Source of the DNA: Candidatus Scalindua sp.
GTDB lineage: Bacteria; Planctomycetota; Brocadiia; Brocadiales; Scalinduaceae
Length of the DNA: 32,000 nt
NCBI GenBank assembly: GCA_031316235.1
Contig: JALDRA010000001.1
Coordinates: 3,330,001-3,362,000 of the forward strand
Direction of reading: 5' to 3'
A program made the position numbers and the translations under genes. The notes under the pieces are model-generated. The model worked only from the letters and a program-made list of their open reading frames with translations. It did no database searches and had not been told where the DNA came from. Of this stretch, positions 25,693 to 32,000 are shown in pieces (position 1 is the stretch's first letter; each line of letters opens with the position of its first letter).

Positions 25693-25817
25693 TAATTTCC
25701 TGAGAGTCTCAGTAATTCCAAAGCTTGGTGAAGGTATATCAACAACATCTTGTCCGTTACGTCTTTTCTACGCACCTGAAACCAACAGATAATATTTACG
25801 TTGATGTAAAACTATCT

Positions 25818-27359
25818 ATGACTGGACTTGGAAAGGTTAAGAGTGTTTCTGTTTATGGGATTGAGGCTTATCTCCTTGAGATAGAGATCTACGTTACCGG
25901 AGGGCAATTGCCTTCAACAGTTGTTATAGGGTTGCCTGATGCGGCAGTGAAGGAATGCAGGGACAGGGTAAAGGCCGCACTCAAAAATAGTGGTTACCGT
26001 TATCCTGTAAAGAATATCACGATTAATCTTGCTCCCGCTGACAGAAAAAAAGAGGGGCCCTTGTTCGAGCTGCCGATAGCGATAGGACTGCTCGTGGCCT
26101 CAGACCAGATAAATTCCAATATGATACATGAGTATGGTATTATAGGGGAGCTTGCATTAGATGGGAGAGTGAGAAGGGTCAAGGGCTGCCTGTCAATGGC
26201 TCTTAAATGTAAGGAAGCTGGATTAAGAGGTTTGATCCTTCCTGCCGAAAATGCCCCTGAGGCTTCTATCGTTGAAGGTCTTGATGTTATCCCCGTTGAT
26301 ACACTTTCAGATGCTGTAGGCTTTGTCACGAACTCACTATCGCTGTCCCCCTTTTCTGTGGACCTCAAGGAAGTTTTTATCCGATCGTCTCATTACGAGA
26401 TGGATTACCTCGACGTAAAAGGTCAGGAACATGTGAAACGCGCACTTACGGTTGCTGCAGCGGGAAATCATAATGTGATCATGATCGGCCCTCCGGGTTC
26501 TGGAAAAACCATGCTGGCACAAAGACTCCCCACCATAATACCGCAGTTGACCCTCGATGAGGCTCTTGAGACCACAATGATATACAGCACTGTCGGGCTT
26601 TTGAATTCTGCACAATCCCTCATAGCCATAAGGCCTTTCAGAAGTCCGCATCATACCATCAGTATTGCCGGACTGGTAGGGGGTGGGAGCGTACCTCGGC
26701 CGGGAGAGGTGAGCCTTTCTCACCATGGAGTGCTCTTTCTTGATGAATTACCAGAATTTAACAGGAAGACACTGGAGGTGCTGCGTCAGCCATTAGAGAC
26801 AGGTACGATAACGATATCGAGGGCGATGAGCTCTGTGACTTTTCCTGCAGAAATAATGCTGGTTTGTGCGATGAATCCCTGTCCGTGCGGGTTCTATGGT
26901 GATCCGCGAAAGGAGTGTCATTGTACACCCAGGCAGGTTCAGAATTACATTTCGAAGATCTCAGGTCCATTGCTTGACAGGATTGACATCCATGTTGAGG
27001 TTCCTAATGTGCAGTATATGGACTTAACCTCTCGTTCGACTGGTGAATCCTCAGCTGAAATCAGAAATACAATAAACGAGGCGAGAAATGTACAACTGGA
27101 ACGATTCAGAGGTCTCGACTGCACAACGAACTCCCGAATGTCAACACGGCAGACAAAAAAATACTGTGTTCTGGAACGTGAGGCCGAAGAGCTGCTCCAA
27201 CAGGCAATGGTGGAACTGGGCATCTCAGCAAGAGGATACAATAAAATACTAAAGATTGGCAGAACGATTGCAGATCTTGATGATGGCGGAGATATTCGGA
27301 TAGAACATATCTCAGAGGCTATTCAGTACCGCAGTCTTGACAGGTCATTTTTTCGATAG
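25818..27359 (+). CDS. comM: YifB/ComM-family Mg-chelatase-like AAA+ ATPase
   Basis: The N-terminal Lon-protease-like domain carries ITINLAPADRKKEGPLFELPIAIGLL. Walker A is MIGPPGSGKTMLA and Walker B is GVLFLDELPEF. The Cys-rich motif is CPCGFYGDPRKECHC. ATG 25818 (MTGLGKVKSVSVYGIEAYLLEIE) fits family N-termini better than the track start at 25725. Confidence 0.9.
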   Translation: MTGLGKVKSVSVYGIEAYLLEIEIYVTGGQLPSTVVIGLPDAAVKECRDRVKAALKNSGYRYPVKNITINLAPADRKKEGPLFELPIAIGLLVASDQINSNMIHEYGIIGELALDGRVRRVKGCLSMALKCKEAGLRGLILPAENAPEASIVEGLDVIPVDTLSDAVGFVTNSLSLSPFSVDLKEVFIRSSHYEMDYLDVKGQEHVKRALTVAAAGNHNVIMIGPPGSGKTMLAQRLPTIIPQLTLDEALETTMIYSTVGLLNSAQSLIAIRPFRSPHHTISIAGLVGGGSVPRPGEVSLSHHGVLFLDELPEFNRKTLEVLRQPLETGTITISRAMSSVTFPAEIMLVCAMNPCPCGFYGDPRKECHCTPRQVQNYISKISGPLLDRIDIHVEVPNVQYMDLTSRSTGESSAEIRNTINEARNVQLERFRGLDCTTNSRMSTRQTKKYCVLEREAEELLQQAMVELGISARGYNKILKIGRTIADLDDGGDIRIEHISEAIQYRSLDRSFFR

Positions 27360-27412
27360 ATAAAAAAGGAAGAAGTACCGGACATTTTTAAGGTGATGAG
27401 TTTATTGTTGAA

Positions 27413-27649
27413 TTACCTGTTGCTGCCAAGCAATATCTGACCCAGCATCCCCCCCCAATGATGAATCGCAAGTGAGTGGAGAAAAGGCACAATGATAAAA
27501 CTCATTGGCGCCATGAATGAAACAATGATAGACCCAAATATGCCCTGTTGACTTACAACCATAAAACCCCAGATGATGCATCCCATGACAATGGCTACAT
27601 AAATAAAGATAGAGCCGCAGATCAGACTGAGAGAAAGAAACTCTTTCAT
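27413..27649 (-). CDS. Small hydrophobic membrane protein (hypothetical)
   Basis: 78-aa ATG ORF with about three hydrophobic helices. It lies in an otherwise unassigned gap. I recognise no motif. Confidence 0.4.
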   Translation of the reverse strand: MKEFLSLSLICGSIFIYVAIVMGCIIWGFMVVSQQGIFGSIIVSFMAPMSFIIVPFLHSLAIHHWGGMLGQILLGSNR

Positions 27650-28029
27650 TTTTACCTCACTTTCAATACGATAAATAGTTATATCAGGCGGACTTCAGTC
27701 TCAGATCTATGGCTAATGGACTCATATCATCTGTCAGCTTTTTATGAATATTTCATGAATACGATAGTATTATCGCTTGTTTGTCCTGTAACTACAGTTC
27801 ATTTTCTGATAAATATGCAGGAGATTTTCTCATATTTCAGGTATGTTAAATGGGAAGGGAATCTAAGGTAAACGGTATAAAAACAGGAGGTTATGCGAGA
27901 TTATGTTTTTTATTTATCTTTGGATTGATTCTGACTTTCTCATTGTATTATCTCTCTTACCTTATATAATTGAACTAAATTCTGATATATAATTGCACGA
28001 AATCAGGTACTGCACAGTAAAAACCAATC

Positions 28030-28172
28030 GATATACTAAAACCGATTTGGTTTTCGGTTTTACCGGAAACCAAATCCTGGTGAAGGTATCCCCGGACAAA
28101 AAGCGCCGAGGACTTTACTCGCTCAATTTTATCTCGGATTTTATCCGAAAAACCATTGTAAGATGAGTATAC
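28030..28172 (+). repeat. Intergenic structured repeat, copy C (full length)
   Basis: ATATACTAAAACCGATTTGGTTTTCGGTTTTACCGGAAACCAAATCCTGGTGAAGGTATCCCCGGACAAAAAGCGCCGAGGACTTTACTCGCTCAATTTTATCTCGGATTTTATCCGAAAAACCATTGTAAGATGAGTATAC. Hairpin 1 is GATTTGGTTTTCGG/CCGGAAACCAAATC (14 bp with one G-U pair and loop TTTTA). Hairpin 2 is TCGGAT-TT-ATCCGA. Confidence 0.9.
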
Positions 28173-28206
28173 ATGAAGGTTGTATCAATAACAGAGAGAG
28201 ACACTG

Positions 28207-29607
28207 ATGATTCATAATCCAGAGAGAGAAGAACAAAAATCCCGTAAGGTCTTGATTAAGACCTTTGGCTGCCAGATGAACAAGCTTGATTCTGAATTGG
28301 TCTTCGGTTCGCTTATCAGGGAGGGGTATACACTTGTTACAGACGAGGAGAGTGCGGATGTTATCCTTTTTAATACGTGCAGCGTACGGCAAAAGGCGGA
28401 AGATAAGGTCTATTCGCAACTTGGACGATTACGGAAGTGGAAGGAAGAGAGGCCGGGCCTGGTTATTGGCGTCATGGGTTGCATGGCACAGAATGAGGGT
28501 GAAAACATCCTGAAACGGATGCCGCACGTAAACCTCATTTGCGGTACCAGGATGTTCTCAAGGCTTCCGGAATTGCTCGATGATATTAATGAGAGTAAGA
28601 GACATATTCTTGCCATAGATGATGATGCGACTGTGAACTTTGACAGGTTGGTTACTCAAAGACCGAATCGTTTCAGTGCATTTGTCTCTATCATGAGGGG
28701 GTGCGACAATTACTGCTCCTATTGTATTGTACCTTATGTGAGAGGGCGTGAATTCAGCCGGCCACTGGAAGAGATCGTAACCGAGGTGAAGAGGCTTGTC
28801 GATGACGGTTGTAAAGAGATTACGTTGCTGGGGCAGAATGTGAACTCTTATGGAAAGGGATTGGAGAGTAACAGTACCTTCTCCTCATTGTTGAGACAGC
28901 TGGATAGGATAGCGGGGATAGAAAGAATACGGTTTGTAACCTCACATCCAAAGGATATGTCCCGGGATATCCTGGAAGCGGTGGGAGAGCTGCCCACTGT
29001 TTGTGAAAACCTGCATATGCCTGCGCAGTCGGGTTCGGACAGAATATTAGAGAGGATGAGACGCCGGTATACCTCTGCACACTACAGAAGGCTTGTTGAA
29101 ATGGCCAGATCATTGGTTCCGGATATAACAATTGCCGGCGATTTTATTGTCGGTTTTTCTGGAGAAAACGACGATGATTTTCTTGATACGGTAAATTTAA
29201 TGAGGGAGATCCGTTATCAAAACTGCTTTATCTTTAAATATTCTCCGCGGACAGGAACTGATGCAGAGAAATTTACCGATGATGTGGAGGAAGAGACCAA
29301 AAAGAGGAGAAACCATACGCTCTTAGAGATACAGAAAGAGATAAGTACCCAAGAGAATAGAGAACGGATCGGGAAGAGTGTTGAAATATTGGTGGAAGGC
29401 TTAAGCAGGACTAACAAGAGCAAATTAACAGGGAGGACCAGAGAGAACCAGATTGTAGTGTTTGGTTTATCAGAAAGACTGCTTCCGGCTCAATCTCCTG
29501 CAGATAGCCGGAATGGAGGCCTCTCTCCTTATATAGGGAAACTTGTGAATGTAAACATTGAAGATGCAACTGATCTAACATTGTACGGCAGTATCGATAC
29601 TGGTTGA
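28207..29607 (+). CDS. miaB: tRNA-2-methylthio-N6-dimethylallyladenosine synthase
   Basis: UPF0004 N-domain KVLIKTFGCQMNKLDSE. The radical-SAM cluster is RGCDNYCSYCIVPYVRGRE. Also SHPKD and a C-terminal TRAM-like segment. 466 aa. Confidence 0.92.
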   Translation: MIHNPEREEQKSRKVLIKTFGCQMNKLDSELVFGSLIREGYTLVTDEESADVILFNTCSVRQKAEDKVYSQLGRLRKWKEERPGLVIGVMGCMAQNEGENILKRMPHVNLICGTRMFSRLPELLDDINESKRHILAIDDDATVNFDRLVTQRPNRFSAFVSIMRGCDNYCSYCIVPYVRGREFSRPLEEIVTEVKRLVDDGCKEITLLGQNVNSYGKGLESNSTFSSLLRQLDRIAGIERIRFVTSHPKDMSRDILEAVGELPTVCENLHMPAQSGSDRILERMRRRYTSAHYRRLVEMARSLVPDITIAGDFIVGFSGENDDDFLDTVNLMREIRYQNCFIFKYSPRTGTDAEKFTDDVEEETKKRRNHTLLEIQKEISTQENRERIGKSVEILVEGLSRTNKSKLTGRTRENQIVVFGLSERLLPAQSPADSRNGGLSPYIGKLVNVNIEDATDLTLYGSIDTG

Positions 29608-29621
29608 GCAAAACTATCCAT

Positions 29622-29960
29622 CTACAGAGTTACTGAAAAAATTCCGTAATCCTCACGTACTTGGGTACGGCCCGGTTCTGGAATTTTTCCGTGCCTTGTA
29701 CCCGGGCAGTTTTCGCTCAACTGCCAGATAATGCTTAGTCTCTTCGGGAAAATATTTTTATAAATTTTCTCTTTGTAAGCTTCGTTGTTAATAACGTTCT
29801 GTATATTTGGTATAGAGGAAGTTCTACCAGGAGGAAGATGCGAATGGATTGGTTTCTTTTTTTGCTGCTGCATGGTAAACAGTAAAAAAGCAAAATTCTT
29901 AAATCTGAAATCGAAAGCTAAGATCCTTATGCGACACGTCTGGGTTACGTAGATGATCAT
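29622..29960 (-). CDS. Hypothetical ORF (weak call)
   Basis: This 112-aa ATG ORF is the only long open frame in the gap between miaB and the YkgJ-like gene. It has no SD-like sequence and no motif I recognise. An internal ATG at 29873 is an alternative start. Confidence 0.25.
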   Translation of the reverse strand: MIIYVTQTCRIRILAFDFRFKNFAFLLFTMQQQKKKPIHSHLPPGRTSSIPNIQNVINNEAYKEKIYKNIFPKRLSIIWQLSENCPGTRHGKIPEPGRTQVREDYGIFSVTL

Positions 29961-30036
29961 GTTAAAAGATGGGGAACGGGTGGCGACCAGTGAGACGGTT
30001 TTTTCCGTTTGGTATTTGAGGAGATTACGGTTCGAA

Positions 30037-30474
30037 TCATATATCTCTGGCGGCTTCTTTTTCGTTGTGTGATGCGAGTAATGCTGTCAAGGGAGCATAC
30101 TGCCACTCTGCTTTGTTTTTGATGGCAACTTCTTTTATCATTTCATAATACTTATTGTAAATTTCATAAGAGGTATCTTTATACCCGGTGTTACAGAAAA
30201 AGACACGGCATCCGAGTGTTCTATAATCTCTGATCGTGCACTTCCTGTTGATAAGGAAAGGACATATGCGCTCTTTTGGGTCACAACGTGGTATCTCCAC
30301 GTTTTCTGAAATGAAATTTACTTCAATGGTAGATGCGTACAATTCATGATCAAAGGTGTCGAAATTACAACATTCACCGCACGTATCACAGCCTGGATTG
30401 TGCGCTTGCAGCTCATTCTCAAGCAATTTGTATATTGTAACAATTTCTCCGCTATTGCGGGGACCATTTTTCAT
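30037..30474 (-). CDS. YkgJ-family (UPF0153) cysteine-cluster protein
   Basis: CDTCGECCNF near the N-terminus, followed by ICPFLINRKCTIRDYRTLGCRVFFC. This is the CxxCxxCC ... CPFL ... C...Y..RP..C pattern of the family. Confidence 0.7.
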   Translation of the reverse strand: MKNGPRNSGEIVTIYKLLENELQAHNPGCDTCGECCNFDTFDHELYASTIEVNFISENVEIPRCDPKERICPFLINRKCTIRDYRTLGCRVFFCNTGYKDTSYEIYNKYYEMIKEVAIKNKAEWQYAPLTALLASHNEKEAARDI

Positions 30475-30893
30475 GATACCGTATTATACATACGATGAGC
30501 GATTTTTAAAGTTAAATAAAAGTTAAATAGTAGTAGAAGGATAACTACTCAGTTTATTTATACCGTGAACGGTGATCTGAAATTTATCTTGAAATTAAAT
30601 CGTTTCAGTGGTACGTTTTCATAGCTTTTCTAACATAACCTGCTAAAGTGTGTTATTTTACGAACTGGAATACTACGGTTTTCCTGACACAACCTTCTGG
30701 GCTGGTACCGTTTGCAACCCTTGAAAGTATTCTGGCTGTAATAGCGCGATCAGACAAAGATTGTCTCTGTTATCCAAAAATTGTGTAAATTCTCAATTTT
30801 CCCTGCCCTCCAGTAACTGTTTTGGGAGAGCACGAATATCAATGAACAGATAAATTGGACTTATTTATGAAGATAAGGAGATAAAAGAAGAAG

Positions 30894-32000
30894 ATGATAA
30901 AAAATATCGCAAGGGTATTATCTTTATTCGTGCTTACGTTTGGAACAGGTTGTGATACTCTTATCAAGAAGGAGGATGGAGGGGAACCGATTGAAATTGC
31001 CGGAGATGACAAGGAGCAAAAGGGTAAGAAACCAAGGAAGTGGGAGTGGGAGATAGCACCGCAGGAGAACCTGGTTGAAATCGAAGATGCTGAACCGGTA
31101 CAGAAGGAGTTTGTATACCCGCTTGAGATTGCTAAAACAGAGCCTTATGATGCCTCCAAACCTGAGGGGGAAAAGGTTGACATTACCTTTAATTTTCAAA
31201 ATGCAGACATAAAAGAGGTCCTGAATGTTATCCTGGGAGAGATACTGGAGATGAATTATACCCTGGACAAAAGGGTAACGGGCTTGATTACCTTACGCAC
31301 AACGGGGAAGTTTTACAGAGGTGAGCTCATAAATGTCATTCAGGCTATGCTGAATATAAATGGTTTTGCACTGGTAAAAGATAGTAATCTCTTCCAGGTG
31401 TTGCCGATACAGGAGGCCCGCAGTGAGGCGGGAATAATAGATTTGGGCGATAGCCTGAAAACGCAGGACAGGGAGGTGGTTACTCAGATTGTTCTGTGCA
31501 AACATGTGGCTCCACAGGCTATCATACCAACTCTCAGGGGGTTATTGACAAAGGCAGGGTTTGTCATTGCACCAAATGATACCCATGCGATTGTCATTTC
31601 TGAGAAGGCGACAAACATGGAACGATTGTTGAAGATTATTGAGACATTTGATGTTCCCTTCTTTGCGGGAAAGGCATTGAAATTTTATGATGTGGAACAT
31701 GTTAATACGAAGGCCCTTGCAAAGGACCTGGAAGTGGTGGTGCAGACACTCGGAGCGAAGACAAAGGGGCCAAAACTGGATATAGCCTTTATCCCGTTCG
31801 AAGATACCAACAGTATGCTGGTGGTAACGAATCTTCCCGAACTCTTTTCATCGGTAGATTCGTGGATAGCAAATATTGACGTGCAATCAAAAGAGAGAAG
31901 GCTCCGGCTGTATGTCTATAAGATGCAGCATGAGCAGGCAGAAACCACGGTACCTATCTTGCTTGAGCTCTTTAAGGAGAAAATCACACCTGCAGTAAAG
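30894..32000 (+). CDS. Secretin (GspD/PilQ superfamily), N-terminal part; the gene continues past the right edge
   Basis: My own translation, since the ORF is open-ended and absent from the track: MIKNIARVLSLFVLTFGTGCDTLIKKEDGG... The N0-like block is ITFNFQNADIKEVLNVILGEILEMNYTLDKRVTGLITLRTTGKFYRGELINVIQAMLNINGFALVKDSNLFQVLP. N1-type repeats follow (VVTQIVLCKHVAPQAIIPTLRGLL...; LKFYDVEHVNTKALAKDLEVV...; LRLYVYKMQHEQAETTVPILLELF). The frame is open for all 369 codons to position 32000. Confidence 0.8.
   Translation, partial: MIKNIARVLSLFVLTFGTGCDTLIKKEDGGEPIEIAGDDKEQKGKKPRKWEWEIAPQENLVEIEDAEPVQKEFVYPLEIAKTEPYDASKPEGEKVDITFNFQNADIKEVLNVILGEILEMNYTLDKRVTGLITLRTTGKFYRGELINVIQAMLNINGFALVKDSNLFQVLPIQEARSEAGIIDLGDSLKTQDREVVTQIVLCKHVAPQAIIPTLRGLLTKAGFVIAPNDTHAIVISEKATNMERLLKIIETFDVPFFAGKALKFYDVEHVNTKALAKDLEVVVQTLGAKTKGPKLDIAFIPFEDTNSMLVVTNLPELFSSVDSWIANIDVQSKERRLRLYVYKMQHEQAETTVPILLELFKEKITPAVK

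Noticed and set aside
27902-27973. A small hydrophobic ORF (MFFIYLWIDSDFLIVLSLLPLYN, 23 aa) 11 nt after an AGGAGG at 27885-27890.
   Set aside because: It is too short and unsupported by anything except the SD-like hexamer. It could be a leader peptide, but that cannot be argued from sequence alone.
30703-30716. A sigma-54-like promoter, TGGTAC-CGT-TTGCA, upstream of the secretin gene.
   Set aside because: The GG-to-GC spacing is 8 nt, not the canonical 10 nt.
1-32000. A window-wide scan for CRISPR arrays, tRNA/rRNA genes, transposases, integrases, toxin-antitoxin pairs and known defence-system signatures.
   Set aside because: None were seen. The only dispersed repeats are the MITE/REP-like family, and the remaining long antisense ORFs in the track lie opposite well-supported genes (cobQ, sdhA, HEAT, trkH, comM, miaB and the secretin) and are shadow frames.

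Overview
By eye this is an AT-rich bacterial chromosomal window with about 25 protein genes and no rRNA, tRNA, CRISPR array, transposase or integrase that I could see. I cannot assign the organism from sequence alone.

Gene order, left to right:
- a truncated lipoprotein gene and an Lrp/AsnC-like regulator, both on the minus strand;
- a late cobalamin-biosynthesis cluster: cobD (threonine-phosphate decarboxylase), cobQ, cbiB, a decayed cbiD relic and cbiE. It is interrupted by one opposite-strand hypothetical gene;
- a three-gene secreted module: a collagen-repeat, tail-fibre-like protein, an astacin-type zinc protease zymogen, and a trypsin-fold serine protease;
- sdhCAB (single cytochrome b type);
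- a Memo-like AmmeMemoRadiSam-B protein and a metallophosphoesterase on the minus strand;
- a membrane-anchored HEAT-repeat protein, trkA, trkH, comM/yifB, miaB and a YkgJ-type Cys-cluster protein;
- the 5' part of a secretin gene that runs off the right edge.

Most interesting observations:
1. The leader of the secreted module carries the core sequence and structure signature of a GEMM-I (c-di-GMP or cGAMP) riboswitch, followed by a strong intrinsic terminator.
2. The collagen-like protein, pro-astacin and S1 protease sit together. This suggests a second-messenger-controlled fibre and processing-protease unit. The two proteases also share a homologous C-terminal tag of about 70 aa.
3. A family of roughly 115-145-bp structured, MITE/REP-like intergenic repeats is present as four copies plus one end fragment. 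The copies differ by whole-module indels.
4. The cbiD gene is broken and truncated at both ends.

All family assignments rest on motifs read by eye and remembered family signatures. No database search was run.
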